64,000 nt of DNA from a virus, in IMG/VR virus record IMGVR_UViG_3300009184_000033, positions 32,001 to 96,000 of that record. One strand, written 5' to 3'. Numbering within the stretch: the stretch's first letter is position 1; each line of letters opens with the position of its first letter. The position numbers were made by a program, and so were the translations under genes. Below, piece by piece: positions 30,644 to 39,559 of this stretch. The notes under the pieces were generated by a model, which saw only the letters and a list, made by a program, of their open reading frames with translations, had not been told where the DNA came from and did no database searches.

Positions 30644-31311
30644 CGAGAAAACTCAGAGTAGTAGCCTCCAACCTTGAAATCTGTTCCCTTGGTGACTGAG
30701 GTGAGGTTTCTCTCTGGAAAGTATTTGTCTCTTGGCAGGATTCTAAAGTCCAAGCTCACGCGAGTGAGACCAGTCTCATTGATCTTGTTTCCGTGCGTGA
30801 GCTTGTTTCCATTGAAGCAGACCAGTTGGCCAGGATGACAGTTCATGGGCTTATAGTCTCCGAGTCCTGGTACGCTCTCGCACCAAGTAGCGCTGGTCCC
30901 ATACATCACTGTGAGAGGGATCTGGAAATTGATTTCTCCATCAGGGTGCCTGTGGTCTATATCGCTATCATAGTGCCACTTGTAAGTGGCCTTGTAGTTT
31001 GGAACATGGACTCTGAACGAAGGAAATGTCTGATAGATAAATTCCTTGTTGACGAGGGGAGAAACGACTTCACGCAAGATGCCGTGATAAGCATCGATGA
31101 TTTCAGTCCAAGAGAATGGACCATCATGGTTCAGCCTCTTATAGAAAGCAGAGTGATACTCAGTCTTGCTCTCATTGCTACTGTCAAGGTTATCGAACAT
31201 GAGGTCGCTTCTCTGGACATGCAGAAGCTCTAAAGCAGTCACGCCGAACAGATCTTGCACGTGGCTTCTGATCGGAAATTTGGTCTCATCGTAGTCAAGA
31301 ATTACCGGCAT
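30640..31311 (-). CDS. 2OG-Fe(II)-type oxygenase, StrG-like
   Basis: PSFRVH...WHYDSD...H...INFQIPLT, FNGNKLTHGNKIN, and RVSLDFR give an HxD...H...R pattern. Confidence 0.75.
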   Translation of the reverse strand: MPVILDYDETKFPIRSHVQDLFGVTALELLHVQRSDLMFDNLDSSNESKTEYHSAFYKRLNHDGPFSWTEIIDAYHGILREVVSPLVNKEFIYQTFPSFRVHVPNYKATYKWHYDSDIDHRHPDGEINFQIPLTVMYGTSATWCESVPGLGDYKPMNCHPGQLVCFNGNKLTHGNKINETGLTRVSLDFRILPRDKYFPERNLTSVTKGTDFKVGGYYSEFSR

Positions 31312-31319
31312 GGAGTCTC

Positions 31320-32024
31320 CTATCTTAGTCCCGCAAATTGCTCTCTGATGATTGAATCGTAAGCGACCCTGAACCTCTCTCTGGTGTTCTCATAGACTTC
31401 GGGGGCTTGGACGGCTTCAGCACTTAACGCGGCTGGATCATGAGGAGTCACAGACTTAGTGAGGCTCTTGTTGCACTTCTCATATACGGCAAGAATTTTG
31501 GTGGTATCTACTTCCCTACCGAGGAATCTAAGAACGTGGGCCATGGATTCGACTGGATTTGACTTGAGCTCTTCATAAGAGAGGCTGATCATCGACTCAA
31601 TGTCAGAATTATCCCTAGTCCACCTGGAGAGGTGCGCTCTGTATTCTTCAACTAGAGACTGAACCTGATCGTCAAGCCACTGATTCCTCTCGCCGTTCCA
31701 GTTGCTGGCAATAGTGTGATCGTAGCGTAACTGGGAATAAATCGTGTCTACTGGGTCTCTGTGGAGGTAGATCACCTTCTTGAGGCCAGCGGTGAGACCC
31801 TCAGAGGGTTCGTAATTTCCCACGCGCCGATCATGAATGTGGAATCCCCAGAACGACTTTGGATTAGGGTCAAAGAAGCTCTGGACATAAGACGGCTCTC
31901 CGAGATATGACTCGAGCAGAATTCTGAGCCAGTGAGAACCAGTCCTCGGATAAGAGACTAGCCGTGGAAATTCCGGATTGTTCTTGACTCCATCCCTATC
32001 TAACATAGCGGTAATGTCATACAT
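31320..32024 (-). CDS. PAPS-dependent sulfotransferase
   Basis: 5'-PSB loop VSYPRTGSHWLR, 3'-PB motif YLHRDPVDTIYS, and LSYEELK. Start placed at ATG 32024. Confidence 0.85.
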   Translation of the reverse strand: MYDITAMLDRDGVKNNPEFPRLVSYPRTGSHWLRILLESYLGEPSYVQSFFDPNPKSFWGFHIHDRRVGNYEPSEGLTAGLKKVIYLHRDPVDTIYSQLRYDHTIASNWNGERNQWLDDQVQSLVEEYRAHLSRWTRDNSDIESMISLSYEELKSNPVESMAHVLRFLGREVDTTKILAVYEKCNKSLTKSVTPHDPAALSAEAVQAPEVYENTRERFRVAYDSIIREQFAGLR

Positions 32025-32796
32025 CGATAACCTCGTAGTGTTCTGGAAGAAGATCCTGAGTGTCTTTTGGTCCAGAGGGTCCGAACCAATTTTTCGGAGC
32101 AATCACGACTTGCTCACTTGAGCTGGCCAGCCAAGATCCCCACCAGCTGAAAGAGCTATTTGCGATGATGTGGTGTTCACAGCTTGACATGGCACACAGG
32201 TCTTCAATGTTAGAGAGGCCTTCATACACCGTTGCTTCAGCAATATTTTGCCGGCACCACTCTCTGTCGTCCGAGAAAGCAATGAAGTCAACGCTACCAA
32301 GCCTCTTCCTGAGTATATCAATCGCCGCTCGATAGTAATCAACGCTTAGCGGTGGATGAGTGTCTCTGAGCTTGACATAGTCTCCCCTCCTTACGTGGAT
32401 AGCGACTCTCTGCTTACCAACAGGTAGCTTGTCTTTAGTGGCGTTTCTCAGCGTCTCTTCAAACTGGAAGATCTTTCGTACATGCTCTGGATCGGTGATG
32501 TACTTCCAAGACTGTAGATAGCCGACAACATCGCAGTTCCCAGGTATCAAAGCCATCTCTCGAGAATGGGAGAACCCGGGTTCATTCCACCTATATTTTA
32601 TGAACTGCGCAGTCTGCTCGTTCAGATCAACGGCTGGAATCTTGAAGTGATTTCTAATCTCTGCTCTGCTCTCATCAGGCAGGATAAGCTGGAGATTTCT
32701 ATCTTTTGCAAGGCAAGACACAGCCGCGACCTGGAACATTTGATTGCAGAGCCGACCGTAGCTTCCCAGCATGGAGAAGCTCACATACTCACTCAA
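32017..32796 (-). CDS. Alpha-1,2-fucosyltransferase-like, GT11
   Basis: GRLCNQMFQ, GYLQSWKY, AIHVRRGDY, FSDD, and HIIANSSFSWWGSWL. Confidence 0.92.
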   Translation of the reverse strand: MSEYVSFSMLGSYGRLCNQMFQVAAVSCLAKDRNLQLILPDESRAEIRNHFKIPAVDLNEQTAQFIKYRWNEPGFSHSREMALIPGNCDVVGYLQSWKYITDPEHVRKIFQFEETLRNATKDKLPVGKQRVAIHVRRGDYVKLRDTHPPLSVDYYRAAIDILRKRLGSVDFIAFSDDREWCRQNIAEATVYEGLSNIEDLCAMSSCEHHIIANSSFSWWGSWLASSSEQVVIAPKNWFGPSGPKDTQDLLPEHYEVIDV

Positions 32797-33631
32797 CTCC
32801 GAATCTCCTGCTCAGGATATCAGCCACGATGTTGTCAATGCTGTAGTAATCGAGGCTCTTTGCGTGATTTGCCTCTATGGGATCTAGCATTGACAGGTAG
32901 AGGTCTTCATTTAGCTTTGGAATGATCTGCATGAGGTCCATTGCGCTCTCAAAGACAATGATGCCCTTCTGGTCAAAATGCTCAAATACGGTTGGATCTC
33001 CCCAGTACACTGGTACCGTGCGGCAAGCAAAGCAGTCTAGTATCTTTTCAGTGTGGTAGTTTGGCGCCCTGTTGTTCTCGATCGATATCGAGAATCGATA
33101 CGGCAATAGGGCTTCGGCTTTTCTGTCGATTGGATTGCAGCCTCGACCGTAGAAATCGACATCATATCCAGCCTTCCGAATGTGGTGCGCAATGTCATGC
33201 CTCAACCTGTGACCTTCAAGGATTCTCTTGTCAGAGAATATGTGAGAGCAGTCTCTTGACTTGGCATGCTTGTCGTGAATCGCTGGCGTATCAACAAAGA
33301 TCCCATCTGCAGGCATGTAAGCCGCTTTTTCGGGATACATGTCGAGAAGCTTCTGGTCGTGGGTCAAGATTAGGTCAAAGCTAGATCCAATCTGCTCGAG
33401 GATCTGGTAAGACTGAGGCTCAAAAGCCCTGGGCTCCATGATCCAAGCAACGTTCTTCTTTGTGTTTACCCTCCCAACAAATTGCGTCATCCTGCCTGTG
33501 AAGATTGTGATGCCGTCGTACTCTGAGAGCATCTTGACGTAGGAGATTTTTTCAGGGATTCTCCCACGCTCAAGCGTCTCGTCATAGGAGTCGGCATGCG
33601 AGATGTTCTCGTCTATCAAGTTCACAATCAT
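32789..33631 (-). CDS. GT10-like (alpha-1,3/4-fucosyltransferase-like) protein
   Basis: K...L.PYRFSISIEN....NYHTEKILDCF...TVPVYWG. Confidence 0.8.
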   Translation of the reverse strand: MIVNLIDENISHADSYDETLERGRIPEKISYVKMLSEYDGITIFTGRMTQFVGRVNTKKNVAWIMEPRAFEPQSYQILEQIGSSFDLILTHDQKLLDMYPEKAAYMPADGIFVDTPAIHDKHAKSRDCSHIFSDKRILEGHRLRHDIAHHIRKAGYDVDFYGRGCNPIDRKAEALLPYRFSISIENNRAPNYHTEKILDCFACRTVPVYWGDPTVFEHFDQKGIIVFESAMDLMQIIPKLNEDLYLSMLDPIEANHAKSLDYYSIDNIVADILSRRFGVE

Positions 33632-34218
33632 CTGAGCGCTGGCCTATTTCTCTTTGAGAGCATGTGGCCCTCGATGACTTCCTTGTCGAGCCTGCCCAAG
33701 TCCAAGAGTCCATCTAGACCGAGGAAATGTGTGTTGGTGAACCCCAGCCTCTCGAGGTGCTGCTCAAGTGGGTACTTTGCGGCATTGAAGTTATTCCTGC
33801 CCAAGAGGTAACCGCCTTGGACCACGTTCTTTGCTGCCCAGTCCTGACCAGCCCACTTGGCGACTGGCGTGGTCGGGAACGAGCCTATGTCGTTGTGGAC
33901 AAAGGCGATCTCAAAATTGTCATCAGGAGATAGGTCAAGGGAGTTCTTGATCCTCACTCTGTCGTGGTTCTTCGGGTTTGCGATGTCAAATCCAATACAG
34001 CGATCCCTGCCAAAGAACTCACACAGCATGTCAAACCCAACGCAGTTGTTGGTCCCCATCAGGAGGATGAATCCATGCTTTGGAATGTCAGAAATCTTGA
34101 AGACCACGTCTTCATAGATCTTGCAAGCGTAGTAGTCCCTGCTGTAGTTGTCAACATCACCGTGGAGATGGACTTGCTCAAACCAGAACTTTTGGCTGTA
34201 GTAATCAGACTCTTTCAT
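33628..34218 (-). CDS. Hypothetical protein, possibly a divergent methyltransferase fold (196 aa)
   Basis: ILLMGTNNCVG...CIGFDI pattern; coupled within the island. Confidence 0.5.
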   Translation of the reverse strand: MKESDYYSQKFWFEQVHLHGDVDNYSRDYYACKIYEDVVFKISDIPKHGFILLMGTNNCVGFDMLCEFFGRDRCIGFDIANPKNHDRVRIKNSLDLSPDDNFEIAFVHNDIGSFPTTPVAKWAGQDWAAKNVVQGGYLLGRNNFNAAKYPLEQHLERLGFTNTHFLGLDGLLDLGRLDKEVIEGHMLSKRNRPALR

Positions 34219-34224
34219 GGAACC

Positions 34225-34974
34225 TCAGCTGATCCTGCTATATTTTGGTCGGGTCCTGATCAGCCTATCAACTCTACCCTGATCGGCAGAATTGATAACA
34301 TCGTCGCTCAAAGGATTCCAACGATTATAGACATAGAGAGCGTTCGGAATGAAAGCGTGGCGCTCTCCAGCCATCTCAAGCATTGGAATCATGAAAGAAA
34401 CGTCCCAGCCAGTCTTGAAGTACGTTCCGTCAACGTCCCTCAGATCCTCGTCCCTTATCGCGTTCCAGATCCTGCTCTTGAACGTGCGTAGGTGGCTGGA
34501 GATGAACTTATAATCTCTGTAGGAGTTACTCCTGACAACATCATCGGGAAATGGCTCGCAGTTTGTTCGGGTCTGGCCAGTTGGCCAATGAATATGATTT
34601 CCGTAGGTCAAGAGGACGCGAAAGTCTCGGTACACATTGCTGACAATCGCAAGAGAGAACTCAGAGAACAGGAAATCGTCTCCATCGATGACCATAAGAA
34701 CTGACTCAGGATCTTTGTCAGTCTCGAGGAGCTTGAAGCCTTCGACAATGTTGTGCAGCGCCTTCCTGTTCTCGGTGTTGTGGACTACTGTGAACCTGGC
34801 GTCTGGAAATTCCGCAAAATGCTTGTCAATTGCTGCCCCAGTGTTATCGGTGCTGGCGTCATTATAGACAATGCACCGAAAATCAGTGTGGCTCTGCGAC
34901 TGGATGGAGTGCAAGCACCTGGAGATCCAGTGCTCTGTGTTGTAGGTTGGTACGACAATATTGAATCGCATCAC
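34225..34974 (-). CDS. Glycosyltransferase, GT2 family
   Basis: IVVPTYN, VYNDASTD, and VIDGDD. Confidence 0.9.
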   Translation of the reverse strand: MMRFNIVVPTYNTEHWISRCLHSIQSQSHTDFRCIVYNDASTDNTGAAIDKHFAEFPDARFTVVHNTENRKALHNIVEGFKLLETDKDPESVLMVIDGDDFLFSEFSLAIVSNVYRDFRVLLTYGNHIHWPTGQTRTNCEPFPDDVVRSNSYRDYKFISSHLRTFKSRIWNAIRDEDLRDVDGTYFKTGWDVSFMIPMLEMAGERHAFIPNALYVYNRWNPLSDDVINSADQGRVDRLIRTRPKYSRIS

Positions 34975-35711
34975 TTGTCCTGATTGTTCGTAGATGTGTT
35001 CCTGCGGTAACAGTACTGGCGCTCAGCAAGAATCGAAGTCTTTCCCAAGAGGGCTGTCGCTCTGAAGTTAAAGTCGCTGTCCTCACTGTTCAGCACACGG
35101 AGGCCGACACCGGGAGGATTGAACCTGAGCCCATATCCGAACAGCGCTCGGTGGAACATTGCAGAGACTCCGGCAGTCTCAAACCTTCCAGTCGAGTAGT
35201 GGTTCACTCCTGGCGTGTGGAATCCACCCAGGACAAGCTTCGAGACTGTTTCCTGCTCCATCACAGTTAGTTCTTCTCCGAGAGCAGGCAGTGACATCGC
35301 TTGATCCACGTCATCTTCGTCATAACAGTGGTAGAAACCACAGAGATTGTGCAGCGTATTTGTCTCAAAGAGGCATCTGAGCTGACGGAAGATCCTATCA
35401 GGAAGCGAGATGTCATCGGAGTCGTGGGACGTGAAGAAGTCACATTCGCTATTTGACATCACGTAGTTGAGGGCATGCCACTTTCCGTGATTATCTTCGA
35501 ACTTGTGGTACTTGACGCGCAGATCTTCCTTTGCGAGCTCGCTAACAATCTCATCGATCCCTTGGTCAGGGCTCGAGCCGTCATTAACGACGGCAATTTC
35601 GAGGTTCTTCCACGTCTGATTTTGGATGCTCTGGACGCTCTGCTTGAGATACCTTCCGTGATTGTAGCACGCAATCACGACCAGAACCTTCGGCTCTTTC
35701 TCACTTATCAT
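34971..35711 (-). CDS. Glycosyltransferase, GT2 family
   Basis: VVIACYNHG, VVNDGS, HDSDDISLPDRI, and SEDSDF. Confidence 0.9.
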   Translation of the reverse strand: MISEKEPKVLVVIACYNHGRYLKQSVQSIQNQTWKNLEIAVVNDGSSPDQGIDEIVSELAKEDLRVKYHKFEDNHGKWHALNYVMSNSECDFFTSHDSDDISLPDRIFRQLRCLFETNTLHNLCGFYHCYDEDDVDQAMSLPALGEELTVMEQETVSKLVLGGFHTPGVNHYSTGRFETAGVSAMFHRALFGYGLRFNPPGVGLRVLNSEDSDFNFRATALLGKTSILAERQYCYRRNTSTNNQDK

Positions 35712-37608
35712 TCATGACTCCGGGCTGTGGCTTAGGCGGGTTCAGGTGAGGAGTCTTTCTGCTCCAGTCGATTTTCTGGTGGAAGATCCATCCACCCATC
35801 TCACTAGAGAGCTTATTGGCTAGCTCGCGGATGTCCGCGTCAGTGACCTCTGACCAAGGCTTGTCGAAGAACATGTTGTTTTCAGATGTATCGACCTGCG
35901 GGATATTGTACATGCTCTGCCAGTGCTTTGACCAGTAGTCACGGTAGGTCCTGATCTTGCGTTCCATATCAAACCACGAGTAGTGGTGCACTGAAGGGAG
36001 GCCATCGGTCGCGGCGTAGAACCAGTTCTGGTAAGCTTCAAGGGCAGCAGAGTTTCCATTGAGTCCCGCAATCCTGGCACCGTGGACATTGTCATCGTAG
36101 AAGTTGGCAAACTTGATGAAATCACCAGTCTCAGCGTCGACATAGTCACAACCATCAGATCCCGGCTTAGAGTAAGTGCCGCCATCCTCATCGGTGACCC
36201 TAAAGACTCCAGGAATCCCGTGGGTGATGTTTGGTCTGTTGCGGCTCAAGCGCCACTTCCAGGGATTTATGTCAGCGCGGACCTTGCTTGGACCTCCCCA
36301 GTACTCGATCACCGGCAGCGCGAGGAGGTCAACCCCAGCTGGGAACCTCTTACAAAGCTGCTGGACCTTGGAGTAGTCGTCCTCATGGACGACCTCATCG
36401 GCGTCCTGTTGCCACAGGAATTCGAGCTTACATCGCCGGCGGGACTCGGCCTTCTGGGCGCCATCGAACACCGCAAACCGGGGGTGGTTCCAGTCTCTGG
36501 CGACCTGGTGGACGTCGAGCTTTGGCTCCAGCTTGGCCCACTCCTGAAGCTCCTCCCAAGTACCATCCTTGCTACCGCCGTCGACCACCACGACTTGCCC
36601 GCAGAATCCCAGCAGGGAAGTTATGCTTTCCCGCCAAGGATAACTGTGCCTTATGCAGTCGAGTGTCGTCGTGTACCCAGAGATTCCCACGACTGGGGTC
36701 CTTGAGCTGAGGATGGAGTTCCAGAACTTGCCCCTCGCAGCGTAGAGATAGGATTCAGTGAGACCTGCGTCATCAGTCGCAAACCACTCCTCCTTGGCAT
36801 GCTCGACGTTGTCGTTGGTTACGACCTCGCAGCCGAGCAGCTTCGCCTCGATGACCATTCGGGGGCAGGTGTCGCCACCGAGCGGGAGGTAGACGAAACC
36901 CTCTGCGGTGGACATGCGCTCGAGGACCTGCTCATACCTCCAGCCGCTGATGACCTCGTACTCCTTCCCGTTGTCCTCGCACCACTTCACGGCGTCGGCA
37001 AAGCCCTTGATCCAGGAATCAGAACCGAGGACGAGCCACTTTGTTCGAGGCTTTCCAGCAGCGCGCTCCCTGAGGAACTTCACTGACGCAAAGAACTGGT
37101 CGTCAAAGACCGAAGACAGGACCCAGTTCTCTCTCTCGAGCAGGAACGGGAAACGCTTGGTATACCTCTCCTGCTGGCGCTCAGACATGAACCAGAGGGA
37201 CTGAGCACCGTACATGAACGCTGATACGAGCTTGCCGTGATCCTCGTTGTTGCAATTGCAGTGCTTGCCTTCGGCAGCCTCATGCTTCTCGGGAGAGCGG
37301 TACCTGCAGAACTTGTAGTCGTACTCAAGGATGGAGTACTTGATATTTGCAGCGATCGACGGGATCAGATTGAGATCCATCTGTGCAAAGTTTCCGAAGA
37401 TCCAGTACTTGTCCTTGCCCTCTTCGAGGAGCTCGTGCGAAACGTCCCTGGAGTGGAGCTTCAGGATAGGCAAGGGAGCTGAGCTGATCAGGGCACCAGA
37501 GGTGAGCTCCGCACCTCCGAGATACTCCTCCTGGAACAGGTCAGCTACGAAGATGATCTCGCACTCCTGAGGGATGCTGAGCTTCTTACCAAAGGGACTG
37601 TCGAACAT
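35701..37608 (-). CDS. Fused GT-B (GT4-like) plus GT-A (GT2-like) glycosyltransferase (635 aa)
   Basis: N-terminal half has FVYLPLGGDTCPRMVIEAKLLGC; C-terminal half has VVVVDGGSKDGT and WQQDADEV. Confidence 0.8.
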   Translation of the reverse strand: MFDSPFGKKLSIPQECEIIFVADLFQEEYLGGAELTSGALISSAPLPILKLHSRDVSHELLEEGKDKYWIFGNFAQMDLNLIPSIAANIKYSILEYDYKFCRYRSPEKHEAAEGKHCNCNNEDHGKLVSAFMYGAQSLWFMSERQQERYTKRFPFLLERENWVLSSVFDDQFFASVKFLRERAAGKPRTKWLVLGSDSWIKGFADAVKWCEDNGKEYEVISGWRYEQVLERMSTAEGFVYLPLGGDTCPRMVIEAKLLGCEVVTNDNVEHAKEEWFATDDAGLTESYLYAARGKFWNSILSSRTPVVGISGYTTTLDCIRHSYPWRESITSLLGFCGQVVVVDGGSKDGTWEELQEWAKLEPKLDVHQVARDWNHPRFAVFDGAQKAESRRRCKLEFLWQQDADEVVHEDDYSKVQQLCKRFPAGVDLLALPVIEYWGGPSKVRADINPWKWRLSRNRPNITHGIPGVFRVTDEDGGTYSKPGSDGCDYVDAETGDFIKFANFYDDNVHGARIAGLNGNSAALEAYQNWFYAATDGLPSVHHYSWFDMERKIRTYRDYWSKHWQSMYNIPQVDTSENNMFFDKPWSEVTDADIRELANKLSSEMGGWIFHQKIDWSRKTPHLNPPKPQPGVMNDK

Positions 37609-37774
37609 TTTTCACTCCTCAAAATTGAACACTTCAACTTCTGGAGGTACTAGTTTTAAGAGAAAAGAGAACAGAGACTAGTAACGACCAGTAGAACAAC
37701 TAGTAGATTCTACTGAGCAGAAAAAATAGATAAAAGACTCTATTGAGGAAGCTTCTCATCTTGAAGAAGTTTCT

Positions 37775-38806
37775 CTAGAAACCTCTTGTTGCTGGGCTAT
37801 AGAAGACCTTTCCTGTTACAGTCGTCGTCTTGCCGATTGTTGCAGTCGAGTGGCTGAAGGTCATGATATCACCACCGCCATTCTCACCGAACTGGAACCT
37901 GACCGGATAGTAGACTCCAGCAGTGAGTGATGCTGTTCCTGATACCTCAACTGGACCATGGAGACCGCCGTTGTTGATAGTCGCATTAGTTGTTGAGAAT
38001 CCGGAGACTGCGTTACTTCCTATCCACATGTAAGATGCGTCGTCAGAATTCAGATAGAAAGTGTAGGTCTCTGTGGTCGTAGGAACAAAGTATCCAAGCC
38101 ACTGCCTGCTGAAGCTCTCGCCTTCTTCTGCGCTGGAATCTTCAATGACCGTTGTCTGCACATTAGTGGCCGTAGCCGTCGCAGTTGCGAACCAGCTCAC
38201 AGCATCTGCGAAGTATCCAGAGTACGTTGTGCGATAGAGACCAGCAAGGTAAGGGCTCGATCCTCTTGTGATGTAGAAGATCTGTGTTGCCGTTATCCTG
38301 CTGGTGGTGATTGAGGCGTCTGTCGACTGGACATAGATTACCGTCCATGACGAGGCATCATTGCTTCCCTCCAGAATCCACTGGACTGGATCACGACCGT
38401 TGACATCGGCACCCGTAATATACCTAAAACCGTCAACTGTTCTTCTGGAACCAAAGTCAATCTGTAGGACCCAGGACTTGGTGACACCGGTCACATTGCC
38501 ACTCACAGTTCCGTTTCCAGACCAGTCGAGGAAAACGGTTCCGGTGTTGTTGTCGATCGCCTTGCTCGCGTCCTGACCGGCTGGGTTGACTCCGCTTGGA
38601 TTGGTCGCAGTTGCTCCTGTGTAGTCAACACGAGTGCCCATGAATGTGAGATGGAATTCAGCCATCTGCATCATCCCGACGGGGTAGGTCGGATCCTGCG
38701 TGATGTCGCGTACCTTGGTGACAGCGAATCTGAAGTAACGGAATGTTTGGTTTGTCACGTTTCTGGGAGCGAGTGAGCCAGCGAATGAAGAAACTCTAGA
38801 AAACAT
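37775..38806 (-). CDS. Putative virion carbohydrate-binding protein (discoidin/F5-8-like plus PA14 domain)
   Basis: SKAIDNN...WVLQIDFG...GFRY...DPVQWILEGSND..W, followed by FSRQWLGYFVP..TETYTFYLNSDDASYMWI...GVYYPVRFQFGE. Confidence 0.8.
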   Translation of the reverse strand: MFSRVSSFAGSLAPRNVTNQTFRYFRFAVTKVRDITQDPTYPVGMMQMAEFHLTFMGTRVDYTGATATNPSGVNPAGQDASKAIDNNTGTVFLDWSGNGTVSGNVTGVTKSWVLQIDFGSRRTVDGFRYITGADVNGRDPVQWILEGSNDASSWTVIYVQSTDASITTSRITATQIFYITRGSSPYLAGLYRTTYSGYFADAVSWFATATATATNVQTTVIEDSSAEEGESFSRQWLGYFVPTTTETYTFYLNSDDASYMWIGSNAVSGFSTTNATINNGGLHGPVEVSGTASLTAGVYYPVRFQFGENGGGDIMTFSHSTATIGKTTTVTGKVFYSPATRGF

Positions 38807-39555
38807 TAGACACCGTACCTGCTGCGACCAGCCTGGAAGTTAGTTGAGACCTGCCCTGCCGAGAGTGCTATGTTGTACACTTGGAATGCGCCAAGTCTCA
38901 TGTTGGAGAAAGTTCCGTCTCCCAGGTTCGTTGCGTCTGTGTGGGCGATGGCGTAGTGTAACGGTAGGTTGCCACCATCGTTGTAGGGAGTCGAACGTGT
39001 TATAGTGGAGGATGTAACGGCAAGCGCACCGTTGACATATCCTCGCAGGACCGATCCATCGAACGTGAAACCTGCGTAGTACCAGGCACTCAGCGGGGTC
39101 GATATCGTCGATGAAAATCCTGGCTGGTTGCTCCAGACAGAGAACTTCATTGTTCCGGCAACCATCTCAATCTGAGAGTCGTGCCAGGCAGAATTTGGAG
39201 TAGTCTGGCCCATCTCCTGGACAATGACACCGTTGTCCATGGGATAGACCCAGGTGAATATGGAAATCACTGTCGAAGTGTTTGCCGGAGACAGCTTCGA
39301 GTTGAGGCTGGTGTTGGTCGTGAGGTACTGGTTGGTGCCGTTGAACGTGAGGTAGCCGGATGCGTATGTCGGGGTGTTGAAAAGAGAGGCATTGCTGCTG
39401 GCCTGAAGATCTGTGACAGTCGCGCCGGATCCCGGATAGGAGGACGCATTACCGATGTCGTAGTTGAGGATGAGCCCTGTTGACACGATTGAGCTACCGC
39501 TCGTGAAAGGGCGGGTTGAGATAGGTCCTGCAAAATTTGAGAACCTGCCATACAT
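38806..39555 (-). CDS. LamG/concanavalin-A-like lectin domain protein
   Basis: LNYDIGNASSYPGSG, FNGTNQY, WYYAGFTFDG...YVNG, and QVYNIALS. Confidence 0.85.
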   Translation of the reverse strand: MYGRFSNFAGPISTRPFTSGSSIVSTGLILNYDIGNASSYPGSGATVTDLQASSNASLFNTPTYASGYLTFNGTNQYLTTNTSLNSKLSPANTSTVISIFTWVYPMDNGVIVQEMGQTTPNSAWHDSQIEMVAGTMKFSVWSNQPGFSSTISTPLSAWYYAGFTFDGSVLRGYVNGALAVTSSTITRSTPYNDGGNLPLHYAIAHTDATNLGDGTFSNMRLGAFQVYNIALSAGQVSTNFQAGRSRYGV

Positions 39556-39559
39556 TAGA

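Noticed and set aside
21628-37608. Interpretation of the window as a bacterial chromosome with an LPS/capsule locus next to a prophage or tailocin
   Set aside because: No flippase, polymerase, transporter or housekeeping genes. The single-strand coupled layout, the phage-type sigma and the shared upstream motif run across both sides of the island, consistent with one viral genome.
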